Source of the DNA: Acidobacteriota bacterium
GTDB taxonomy: Bacteria; Acidobacteriota; UBA6911; JACQSX01
Length of the DNA stretch: 37,598 bases
Direction of reading: 5' to 3'
Assembly (NCBI GenBank): GCA_036507075.1
Contig: DASXQR010000072.1
Location: 1-37,598, forward strand
The notes beneath the pieces are model-generated. The model did no database searches. It was not told the origin of the DNA and worked only from the letters and a program-made list of their open reading frames with translations. The position numbers were made by a program, and so were the translations under genes. Shown piece after piece: positions 25,387-34,500 of this stretch (position 1 is its first letter; the number at the start of each line of letters is the position of its first letter).

Positions 25387-26384
25387 AGGTGGCGGGTGAA
25401 ATAGCGTGTGATCAGGTAGCCGTCATAGAAACTGAATGGAAACATCCCCGTCGTATAGTGCCCGCAGGGAAGATCCGCCCGTTCATACGGCACCGCGAGC
25501 CGCCGATACTCGGCAAGTAACTGTTCCGTAAGCTCGGGCAGGAACGTGCTGTCGTAGCGTGCCGTGATCAGCAGGTGAGGCCGGTAATTCTGTTTCACCC
25601 TGGCGATAAAAAAATGCGGGCTGATAGGTGACCAGTAATGGCGCAGTTCTTCAAGGCTGATATGAGGCTCCAGCCCTTTGCGAACGTAGCGCGTTGAAAG
25701 CCCCGTCCACACGACGTCGGCAAAAAAATCACTCACGTGGTTGAAAACTCCGACGCGAATGTCCGGATCGTGGGCGAATGCCAGATAGCCAATGCAGCTC
25801 CCAATGCTGGTGCCCATCAGTCCGATTCGCCTGAATCCTTGCACGCGAAGCCATCGCACGGCGGCTCGCGTGTCGATTACCGCCTGTTGTGAGGCGTGCA
25901 GCGTGCGCGCCAGGTTGGGGCTTACCATATAGTCGGAGCGTTCCGTATGCGCCGGTCGCCGAAGATCATGGTAAGGAAGCGAGAGGCGCACGGCGCTGAT
26001 GTTGAACAGGTTGAGCACGCGCGCCAGCGCATAATAGCTTTCCGGCTGCGCATTCCAGTGCGGCAGAATCACAACTGCGCGGTCCGTTCCCGGCTTTAAG
26101 AACAGCCGCGCCCGAACCAGGTCGTTCTCCTCCACACTGCTTGGCAACGTCGAAGGGAATGTCAGCATGCTGCCGTGAACCTGATAATCCGGCTGCGAAG
26201 TCAATGAAAAGAACTTGTCCGAATCCTGCAGCGCTCCTTCCACGAAACGGCGCAGGCGTTCGCGCCCTTCGAGATGCCCGTTGGGAGGCAGCCATTCCAG
26301 CCCCATTTCGAACGGCAGCACTCGACGGTTTGTGTCGCGGTAGGAAAAATGCCGCTCCTTTCTTTCAATATATTTTCGCAGCAT
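25383..26384 (-). CDS. Alpha/beta hydrolase (ABHD18/DUF2048-like)
   Basis: GTSIG nucleophile elbow, LPHWNA, SLPYHD.RRP, ARYD, LPCGHYT. Confidence 0.8.
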   Translation of the reverse strand: MLRKYIERKERHFSYRDTNRRVLPFEMGLEWLPPNGHLEGRERLRRFVEGALQDSDKFFSLTSQPDYQVHGSMLTFPSTLPSSVEENDLVRARLFLKPGTDRAVVILPHWNAQPESYYALARVLNLFNISAVRLSLPYHDLRRPAHTERSDYMVSPNLARTLHASQQAVIDTRAAVRWLRVQGFRRIGLMGTSIGSCIGYLAFAHDPDIRVGVFNHVSDFFADVVWTGLSTRYVRKGLEPHISLEELRHYWSPISPHFFIARVKQNYRPHLLITARYDSTFLPELTEQLLAEYRRLAVPYERADLPCGHYTTGMFPFSFYDGYLITRYFTRHL

Positions 26385-26462
26385 AAAAAATTATCGTCTG
26401 ACCCGTCCAAGCCTTCTAAGACTTCTATCATTTAACATACTCAGCGGCAGGTTAAAAGTCTG

Positions 26463-26512
26463 GCCTGGTATCTTGATGGTTCAATTTTTTCCAACCACCA
26501 AGGCACCAAGTT
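26463..26512. repeat. Degenerate copy of the ~50-bp CTTGGTG..CACCAAG hairpin
   Basis: GCCTGGTATCTTGATGGTTCAATTTTTTCCAACCACCAAGGCACCAAG. Confidence 0.75.
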
Positions 26513-26623
26513 CCCGACGTTCATCATGCAAAGCCGACAGCGGCTGCAATCAATCTGCCTCTGGCTGTTGCGCCTTCGGTAAATGTTTTCGACAATTGAG
26601 CGCGCTTTCTATATGTTGCGCCG

Positions 26624-27445
26624 ATGCAGCCGCTGCACATCCTCAATCAGAGCCTGAGGACAATTCGTGCCAACGGCCGAGTGATCTGGCTTCCTTTTTT
26701 GCTGAAGTGGGCGATTGCGGCCCTGTTGACAAGCATCTCATGGAACGAAACCGGAGAACGTGCGGCAATCCCATGGTACCTGCCCGGATTCCTGATCTCG
26801 CGGATGGATCTGGCAGCGCTGGCCGGACCCGGGATCCCCATCGTCATTCATTGGGGCTGGCCCGCAGCCAATGCATGGGCCTGGGTTGCGGCATCCGTCA
26901 TGCTGGCATGGTGGCTTCAGGCGGGAGTACTCGCTGCGCTGGTAAAACCGGCGCTGCAACGTCGATTGACAGGATTCTTTCGAGACGGAAGCGTCCTTGC
27001 GGGCCGCATGATCAGGACCGGTGTGCTGCAGTTGATTACCGGTGTCCTGATAATCTGGATGTTCGATCTTTATGGCCACCCCCACGGCTACGTTCCGGAG
27101 TCTCCCTGGAAGCTTCTCCTGCTCGTCTTCTTTTTAGATTTGTGGGGAGACTACATTCGTGGCTTGATCGCCGCCGACAGGTTAACCAGTGTGCTGCTGG
27201 CTGGTCTATCCGCCGCCCGATTCATGGTAAGAAATCTAAAATCCGTGGTGATAATCGGCTCGCTCAAAGCTGTCGAATTGCTGCTCGTTGTGTGGGCGGC
27301 CTGGAAAATGGAAACGCACTCGTCAAGGCCGCTGGTGCCGCTGGTCATCTGGGTCTACATACTGGCGCAGGGATGGCACTATGCCGCCGTGCTGAACCTG
27401 CTCGACCACCGTGCGAAGAAGGCCCGGCTGTTTCCCGAACACTAG
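26624..27445 (+). CDS. Hypothetical integral membrane protein
   Basis: 273-aa ORF with about 6 hydrophobic segments filling the gap between flanking genes. Confidence 0.65.
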   Translation: MQPLHILNQSLRTIRANGRVIWLPFLLKWAIAALLTSISWNETGERAAIPWYLPGFLISRMDLAALAGPGIPIVIHWGWPAANAWAWVAASVMLAWWLQAGVLAALVKPALQRRLTGFFRDGSVLAGRMIRTGVLQLITGVLIIWMFDLYGHPHGYVPESPWKLLLLVFFLDLWGDYIRGLIAADRLTSVLLAGLSAARFMVRNLKSVVIIGSLKAVELLLVVWAAWKMETHSSRPLVPLVIWVYILAQGWHYAAVLNLLDHRAKKARLFPEH

Positions 27446-27489
27446 CCTGGACAATTCGAAAACTTGAATTATCCAGGCTCACCGGAGGG

Positions 27490-27939
27490 TCAGCGGCCCA
27501 TCAGTTGTATGTGATCGTGCAGCATGCAGCGGTTTTGAACGACTCGGATTCCAGCCTGGGCCAGCATGCGCGCGGCTTCCGCGTGCTCGATGCCATCCTG
27601 CATCCAGAATACCTGAGGAGACACGCGTATCGCCTCTCGGGCGTGCGGCATCACGTTGTGAGAAGCACGAAAAAGCTGCACCAGGTCAACCTTTTCCTCA
27701 ACATCGAGCAGTGAAGGAAAACAGCGCTCTCCCAGGATTTGATCGAAGTTGGGATTCACCGGAATGATGCGGTAACCCTGGCGTTTCAGGTATTCGGGAA
27801 CGTAGAAGGCCGGCTCATAACGGGAGTCTTTCATTCCCACCACCGCAATGGTGCGGCACTCTTGCATAATCCGGCGGATTTCTTCCGGGCTCTCTACCAG
27901 ATTTGCTTCCCAACTGGTTGTGCTTCTTGCGTTACTCAC
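27490..27939 (-). CDS. CoA-binding protein (YccU-like)
   Basis: TIAVVG, GYRIIPVNP, ILGERCFPSL, VDLVQLFR, WMQDGI, VVQNRC. Confidence 0.9.
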   Translation of the reverse strand: MSNARSTTSWEANLVESPEEIRRIMQECRTIAVVGMKDSRYEPAFYVPEYLKRQGYRIIPVNPNFDQILGERCFPSLLDVEEKVDLVQLFRASHNVMPHAREAIRVSPQVFWMQDGIEHAEAARMLAQAGIRVVQNRCMLHDHIQLMGR

Positions 27940-28001
27940 GGTCTATCTCTATGCCGATCCTTCCATGCTATCTTTGAACAAATAAACCAGGAGAAACTCA
28001 C

Positions 28002-28139
28002 ATGGGGATCATTCACTTGCAGCCTCTCGTTTCAATCCTCTTCGGCATTCTGATTTTGGTTTTCCCCAGATTGCTCAATTATCTGGTGGCCATTTACCTG
28101 ATCCTGGCCGGACTCTTAGGGCTGGGTATCTTGCGGTAA
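28002..28139 (+). CDS. DUF3096 family small membrane protein (45 aa; absent from the ORF track)
   Basis: MGIIHLQPLVSILFGILILVFPRLLNYLVAIYLILAGLLGLGILR; SD AGGAG; PRLLNY.VAIYLI signature. Confidence 0.85.
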   Translation: MGIIHLQPLVSILFGILILVFPRLLNYLVAIYLILAGLLGLGILR

Positions 28140-28275
28140 CAGGGCTCGCGTGCCGAAGGGCAGCGTACTTGCAGGCAACCCCGCGCCAGCCCGCGGGGGC
28201 TGCGCGTAACTCCTTGCGGATCAGTGTGGTTTGCGGTATCAAGATGCCACACCAAGTCTCAAATCCGGAGGCGCT

Positions 28276-28506
28276 TTACATTTTTTCTCCTTTACGGCCC
28301 GCGCGCTTCATTGGGTCGTGGTTTTCAGACTTTCCGTAACCGCCACCCCCCGGCTTTTCTCCGCCGTGGTGAACTTTATTGACCGTCGCCCAGGCGCGGC
28401 GCTCGGCCTCGTCCTGCTCCACACCACGCTCTCGATAACCTTCCTCGATATGCTCGGCTTGGCGCTTTTGTTTTTCGGTGTACTTCCCTTTGTCTCCTTG
28501 TGGCAT
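28276..28506 (-). CDS. Small conserved hydrophilic protein (family often labelled 'plasmid stabilization protein'; function unknown)
   Basis: MPQGDKGKYTEKQKRQAEHIEEGY...EAERRAWATVNK; SD AGGAG. Confidence 0.8.
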   Translation of the reverse strand: MPQGDKGKYTEKQKRQAEHIEEGYRERGVEQDEAERRAWATVNKVHHGGEKPGGGGYGKSENHDPMKRAGRKGEKM

Positions 28507-28582
28507 AACTTCTCTCCTATTTTCAGTTAAGGAAGAAAGCCGGCAGGTGTCAATGAAAGGGGCTGATAACGTCACCGCTGGG

Positions 28583-28791
28583 GCGCCCCCGAATGGGGCA
28601 CTGTGGGAGAGATTTTCGAAATTTGGCGGTGAAATAGCGTTGACGAGTTGCTTCTGAAACGAGCTGGAATGAAATACGACGAGGCAACCCTGCGGGAACT
28701 GCGTGGAACATTCCCAGCGCCCCATTCCGGGGCGCAGATTGGCTTGTTGATTTGCCGACCGGGGATAGGCGCGAAAAGCGCCAACCCCCGG
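28583..28791. repeat. Cluster of REP-like hairpins
   Basis: GCGCCCCCGAATGGGGCAC (28583-28601) inverted relative to GCGCCCCATTCCGGGGCGC (28717-28735); CCGGGGATAGGCGC-GAAAA-GCGCCAACCCCCGG (28759-28791). Confidence 0.65.
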
Positions 28792-28825
28792 ATACAGGCT
28801 TAGTGGTCTATCCGAGTCTGTCTGA

Positions 28826-28867
28826 CGGCAGCGCCGGCTTCTGGCCGGCCAGAGGCCGGCGCTGCCG
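28826..28867. repeat. 42-bp near-perfect palindrome, possible terminator of the minus-strand gene ending at 28884
   Basis: CGGCAGCGCCGGCTTCTGGCCGGCCAGAGGCCGGCGCTGCCG. Confidence 0.7.
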
Positions 28868-28883
28868 GGCGCAGATCGACAGG

Positions 28884-29207
28884 TTACTTGCTCTCGACCA
28901 TCTCCACTTTCTCGATGGTGATTTGCTTGGCCTCGGTGTTCACCGAGCCGGTTACCTTCACCTCGTGGCCTTCATGGCCCTTGATCGAATCCTGATTGGT
29001 GATGGCATAGATGTCCTTGTCGACGACCAGAACGGCCTTTTCACCGCCGGAAATGCACTTGGCTGCGCATCCGGCATGCTTGGCGCCTGCTTTGGCGCAT
29101 TTGGCATCACTGACAAAACCTGTCAAAGAACCACTTTTCGATTCTGCCAGCGCGAGAAGAGACAGAGCCAGGGCGACAAATAAACTGACTGCAACGAACT
29201 TTTTCAT
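28884..29207 (-). CDS. Small secreted Cys-containing protein, likely OB-fold-like
   Basis: SD AGGAGG; signal peptide MKKFVAVSLF..ALA; GFVSDAKC..CAAKC..GHEVKVTG. Confidence 0.8.
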   Translation of the reverse strand: MKKFVAVSLFVALALSLLALAESKSGSLTGFVSDAKCAKAGAKHAGCAAKCISGGEKAVLVVDKDIYAITNQDSIKGHEGHEVKVTGSVNTEAKQITIEKVEMVESK

Positions 29208-29315
29208 AATGATCCCTCCTGAAGAGACTGATGGGTAAGGCCTATTTGATGTGATTTCGCGCGCGAAGTCAAATCCCGCGTTAAATTCATTTTGCAGGCC
29301 GCGCCCCGCACCCGC

Positions 29316-29346
29316 TTGCCACCGCCGCACTCCGATCCCGTATAAT
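29316..29346 (+). promoter_or_regulatory. Possible sigma70 promoter for the MBL hydrolase
   Basis: TTGCCA-N19-TATAAT; spacer is long. Confidence 0.4.
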
Positions 29347-29379
29347 GGGGCGCGCCTTCGGGCCCGGGCCAGCCTCGTG

Positions 29380-30219
29380 ATGAAAAAACAGGACAAATTC
29401 AAATTGCGCCTGAAATTCTGGGGCGTTCGCGGATCCACTCCCACCCCGCAAATCGAGAACCTCAGCTACGGCGGCAATACTCCCTGTGTTGAAATCAGAA
29501 CGCCGGAAAACGAAGTGTTCATTTTTGACGGTGGTACCGGCGTGAGAAATCTGGGTGACGCTCTTACCGAGGAGTTTAAGGATCGGAAAATCACGGCGAC
29601 CTTTTTTCTCACTCATTATCACTGGGACCATATTCAGGGCATTCCCTTTTTTAAGCCGCTCTACAGCACCGAAAACGAATTCGTGTTCCATTCCTTTCGT
29701 TCCTATTACTCGGTCAAAGAAATGCTGGAAGGGCAAATGAAGAATCCATATTTTCCCGTGGACTTTGATTTCCTGCCCTCCAGGCGCAGTTTCATCGAAA
29801 TTGACCGGGATCCGATCAAGTTCGGGAACCTGACGATTTATCCGTTTCCGCTCAATCATCCCGACGGTGCACGCGGGTATCGGATAGAGTACGACGGGGC
29901 GGCGATCATCTATGCGACAGACGTCGAGCATGGGAAAAAGCAGTTCGATTTTATGATCCGCGAATATGCGCAAAATGCGCGCATCTTGATCTACGACTCC
30001 CAATTCACGCCTGAGGAGTATGTCCACCGCGTTGGATGGGGACACAGCACCTGGATGGAAGGCATCAAAGTCGCCCGGGAGGCAAACGCAGAGCAGCTTA
30101 TTCTGTTCCACCATGACCCGTCCCACAGCGATCAGGTTTTCTTTGAGATAGTGCAGGAAGCGCGCAATCATTTCGAAAACACGCTGGGCGCCAAGGAAGG
30201 CTGGATCTTCGAGCTTTAG
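29380..30219 (+). CDS. MBL-fold metallo-hydrolase (RNase Z/phosphodiesterase-like)
   Basis: WGVRGS, YGGNTPCV, DGGTG, THYHWDHIQG, LNHP, TDVEH, GWGHST, LFHHDP. Confidence 0.9.
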   Translation: MKKQDKFKLRLKFWGVRGSTPTPQIENLSYGGNTPCVEIRTPENEVFIFDGGTGVRNLGDALTEEFKDRKITATFFLTHYHWDHIQGIPFFKPLYSTENEFVFHSFRSYYSVKEMLEGQMKNPYFPVDFDFLPSRRSFIEIDRDPIKFGNLTIYPFPLNHPDGARGYRIEYDGAAIIYATDVEHGKKQFDFMIREYAQNARILIYDSQFTPEEYVHRVGWGHSTWMEGIKVAREANAEQLILFHHDPSHSDQVFFEIVQEARNHFENTLGAKEGWIFEL

Positions 30220-30418
30220 CCCGGATTATGCATAAACTGTAAGGAACCAGCCGCCGATTTACGCGGAAACCGCTGATGGTATCGGGGTTGAGGGATGGGC
30301 GTCGATGCCCGGCGAATCCGACACACTGCAGCAATGGAGCCCATCCCTCGACCCCGATACTAATCCGTGCTTTCCGTGTAGATCAGCGGCCAATTCTTTC
30401 AGTTTATGGATATCCGGG
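30220..30418. mobile_element. 199-bp MITE with terminal inverted repeats and 4-bp TTAG target-site duplication
   Basis: TTAG|CCCGGATTATGCATAAACTG ... CAGTTTATGGATATCCGGG|TTAG; interior palindromic (GTATCGGGGTTGAGGGATGGGC / GCCCATCCCTCGACCCCGATAC). Confidence 0.85.
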
Positions 30419-30512
30419 TTAGGCCTGGCATCGTGCGGCCTTGGCGCCTTCGCGGTTTGAACCCCGGTGTGTTAAAATAGCCAATCCTTTGATTTTCCGG
30501 AGAGATTAGGTT

Positions 30513-31481
30513 TTGCAGATCGGGAAAGATCATTATTATGCCGCCCACACGGTCGCCCTCCGGCGAGAACTAAGCGAAGTCCTGCCCAGGGAACAACTAC
30601 GCGACCTGCACCAGCGCCAGCCCTGGCGACATTTCCTGGTGCTGGCTCGGCAACTGGCGATTTTCTTTATCTCAAGTTATCTGCTGATACGTTTTTCCGA
30701 CCCGTGGATCTGGGTCCCGCTCGCCTTTGTTCAGGGGCTTACAATATTCAATTTTACGGTCATGCTGCACGAAGTGGTGCACCGAACCGCTGTGGACGCA
30801 AGTCACGAGCGGATCAATTCGCTGCTGGGGTTTCTTTACGCTTTTCCCAGTGGAATCTCCTGCACCCAATTCACCAAGTGGCATCTGGACCATCATGCCG
30901 AACTCGGGTCCGATCAGGACGATCCCAAGCGCAACAAGCTTTCTCCGAAAGTGAACAGGCGCTGGTATAAGCTCCTTTATTTTTCTCCGGCTCTTTTTCC
31001 GATTTATTTCCGTGCCGCGCGAAAGGAATCCTCCACCTATCCGCCGCATCTGCAGCGCAGGATCTCGATAGAGAGAAATGTGACCATTTTGGCTCATCTG
31101 CTGATAGCCGCACTCATCGGAAGTCTGGCAGGCTGGTACGCGCTGCTGCGCGTTTATATCATTCCCTACTTTTTTATTTTCCCAATTGCGTTTGCCGTCA
31201 ATCGCCTGGGGCAGCACTATGATATTGATCCTGCGGACCCGGCAAAGTGGAGCACGCGCATGAAGCGCTCGATCTTCTGGGACGCCGCCTATCTCTGGTC
31301 GGGCTATCATCTGGAACACCATTATTTTCCCAACATTCCTTTCTACAATCTGAGACGACTGAACAAACTGCTGGAGCCGATGTTTGAGCGCCATCAGATT
31401 CAGCCTCGTTCCTACGCCCGTCTCCTCTATCTCTATTTGATCAAGAACAAAAAGCCGCATTCCGATTGGGACTTTGTTTAG
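30513..31481 (+). CDS. Membrane fatty acid desaturase family protein
   Basis: His boxes HEVVH, HLDHH, HLEHH; P.IPFYNL; TTG start after GGAGA. Confidence 0.9.
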   Translation: MQIGKDHYYAAHTVALRRELSEVLPREQLRDLHQRQPWRHFLVLARQLAIFFISSYLLIRFSDPWIWVPLAFVQGLTIFNFTVMLHEVVHRTAVDASHERINSLLGFLYAFPSGISCTQFTKWHLDHHAELGSDQDDPKRNKLSPKVNRRWYKLLYFSPALFPIYFRAARKESSTYPPHLQRRISIERNVTILAHLLIAALIGSLAGWYALLRVYIIPYFFIFPIAFAVNRLGQHYDIDPADPAKWSTRMKRSIFWDAAYLWSGYHLEHHYFPNIPFYNLRRLNKLLEPMFERHQIQPRSYARLLYLYLIKNKKPHSDWDFV

Positions 31482-31536
31482 CCCGGATAATTCACAAACT
31501 GAAAGATCGCTGATTTACACGAACTGACACGGATCA
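31482..31536. mobile_element. Partial copy (left end) of the TTAG MITE
   Basis: TTAG|CCCGGATAATTCACAAACTG..CGCTGATTTACACG immediately after the desaturase stop. Confidence 0.75.
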
Positions 31537-34500
31537 ATGCTGAGAAAACTCGCGCTGCTTCTGGCTTGCATCTTCTCTGCGGCGGTTCCCTGTCTGGGCA
31601 CGTCCGAGCTGATTTTTCCCAGAGTAGCGTTTGACGGAGGGCGCTTCACGGGATTTGCAGTGGCCAATCCCGGGAAAGTACGCGCCCGGCTCACCCTTAC
31701 GGCATACGGCGAAAATGGCCGGCTCCTGCAGGGCGCCGGAGTCACCAATCCGTTACCAATCGATATCGAACCGGGAAAACAGTTCGCCCAATTGGACTCG
31801 GAGATGTTCCATGGCTACGCGTCCAACCCGGGATTCAAGGGATGGGTTTACGCTCAGAGTGAAGCGGACGGGCTGACCGGATTTTTCATCATGGGAGACG
31901 GCAAGCTCTCCATGCTCGATGGAGCTGATCTTCCCAACAAGGCCCTGGATTTGTATTACAACCTTCTGCTGGATTCCGCCAGATACCAATATGAAATCAG
32001 CCTGGTAAATCCCAACGACGGCACTGCCGGCATCACTCTCAGTCTCGTTAACAGCTCGGGTACCGCTCTGCAGACCAGGCAGATTTCAATCGCGGGCAAG
32101 GGCTGCCTTCAGGCGACGCTTGAATCGCTCTTTGCCGCGCCCGACATCGCGCAATCGGCGACGCTTAAGGTCAAATCGAACGTCCCGGTCGCTGGTTTCG
32201 AATTTGTTTTCGCACGCGACAGTTCTACGCTCACCGGTCTGGTCGCGCAGCCGGAAGGACGAAAGCTCTCCAGCCTTCATTTTCCGCAGCTCGCAGTGTT
32301 GGGAGACTGGGCAACCCAGGTGGGCGTCTTTAACGTGACCGATGAAATAATTCTGATTTCTGTCAGCGCCTATAAGGCGGACGGCACGTTATTCGCGGCT
32401 CCTGATATTGGAGGAAATAATCCCTTTCGCATCGCCATTGCCCCGCGCGGCGCATTTACGCAGGACGTGCAGCGTCTTTTTAACTTTCGGGGCGATTCCA
32501 CCAGGGTGGGCTGGCTCAAGGTGGAGACCACAAAACAGTCCATCCATGGTTTTGTTGCGTATGGGACGCGGTCAAACCCTACGCTGGCGGCTGTGGTTGC
32601 CCAATCGGATCCGCAAGGCTCCACAAATGCCGTTTTCTCGCACCAGGCGAATAATGAGACCTTCTACACCGGTCTGGCGATTCTAAACGCGGGTTCACTG
32701 GCGGCAAATATAGAGATCACCTCGGTCAAATCTACGGGCGAGGTGCTCGGATCGGTCAAGAAAGTGCTGGGACCGTTGGAACGTATCGCCGACCTTCTCT
32801 CATCTCCCCAACTTATTCCAGCCTCGGGTGGAGCACAGGGTGGGTTGGTGGTGGTACGAAGTGACACGCCTGTGTTCACATCCGAACTTTTCGGCACCTG
32901 GAACGGGTCGACTCTGGCCAACGTGCCGGCTCAGCAGGGACCGGCCGATTTTAAGCCGGATCAGGGCTCTCCTCGGTTTGTCGTCGAGCCGCCGCTTGCT
33001 CCTCTGGAGCTGCGCACGCGCCAGACTTTCCGCGCAAGATTCTTGACCGGCACTCCGACCGGGGGCCTCACATGGTCCGTGAACGGCATTAATAACGGCG
33101 ACTCGACGGTGGGCATAATTGACAGCCAGGGAGTCTATACGGCGCCCGCCACGCTTCCGGCTCAGTCTCGCGTCACTATTCGCGCCACTACCAGCGATGG
33201 AAAGCAGGTTGCAGGCGCGACAGTGGATCTGGTCCAGAAGTCAGCTTTTGGAGTGAATGTGAATTTTCTCAGGGCCCAGACCTATCTCAACGGGCTCAAG
33301 AAGCTGTACGTGACGGAACTGTCCGGCCTGAGCGCCAAACAATCCATTTCACGCCCGCTTCAGGCGGGGTCTGTGAATACGGTGATATCGGAGATCTCCG
33401 AAAACGGCCAGAAAAAGGCTGTGCACACTTTTGTAAAATCCAACGCGCTCGCTGTCTTGCCATACACGGATTCAAAGGAGACCGACTACCTGCTGCTCTC
33501 CACCTACGACAGCGGAGCGGCGCTTACCGACAACACGGGACGAATCATTCGATTCAATCCGGCCAACGGTCAGAGCTCGACGGTCGCTTCGGAACTCAGA
33601 CAGCCCGTGGCCATGACGCTGGATGAGGCGTCCGGCGAGTTGCTGGTGGCCGATCAGGGCAGCAATTCCGTGGTTGCAATTGCCCAATCGCAGCTCGATC
33701 CGAACATAAAAACAAAGGTGGGCCGGTCAATCAGGCTGACGCCTCGCTTCCTCTTTTCGACAAACAAGCCGGGCGGGATCGCAATCAACGCTTGCGACGG
33801 TTCCATTTACACTGCGGACACCGCCGGCGGTGTGATCCGGCGCTATGACAGAAAGACAAACGCGTTCACCACGGTCGTTACGGGCCTGCAGCAGCCTTCA
33901 AAGTTGCTGGCACTTTATGGAACGGGCGTGGACTGCCCGGAAGCGTTCTTCCTGCTGGTGGCTGAAGAGCCAACCAATGGACAGAACGGAAAATTGACGG
34001 TAGTCGAACCTGCAAGGCGGGACGAGAACGAACAAGTGCTGGTGGAGTCTTTCTTTAAGGGACTGGATCATATCCCCGATATTTCCTTCATCAGCGACAA
34101 CAATCCTTATCTGCCGAAGAGACAAGCGGCGATTCTTTTTGGAGAGGAATTTCTAAACGCGAACGATCAGATATTTTACATCGGCGGCTCCGGGGATGAT
34201 TACGAACAAGAGGAGCCGAACCAGGAAGATAAGAGTTTCGATACATTCACGGTGACCGGCTACGTGGTGCAGGACGGAGATGGTTTGAACGGAATAACGG
34301 TCCGCCTGACGACAGCCGCCGGCCAGACAGTTTCAACTACCACCGACATTTTTGGATTCTACGGTTTTGAGGAAGTGCCCATAGGCACCTACACGCTCAC
34401 GCCGAGCGCATTAAACTATTCGTTCATTCCGGCCTCGCAGTCCGTAAAGGTGATCGATGACGATGTCGAACTTGCCGATTTTGAAGCAAACCCACTCGGT

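Noticed and set aside
26473..27714. 413-aa plus-strand ORF
   Set aside because: Starts in a repeat, has atypical composition, and overlaps the membrane-protein ORF and the CoA-binding gene
28276..28506. Toxin-antitoxin or plasmid origin implied by the 'plasmid stabilization' label
   Set aside because: No ParE/RelE-like sequence or partner gene; context is chromosomal (ispH, pruA)
28583..28735. 6S RNA or riboswitch call
   Set aside because: A closing stem exists but no diagnostic conserved motif was recognised; the hairpins look REP-like; needs an Rfam scan
29380..30219. MBL protein as a beta-lactamase or anti-phage effector
   Set aside because: Motifs fit the common RNase Z/phosphodiesterase-like group, there is no signal peptide, and no cyclase or other defence gene is adjacent
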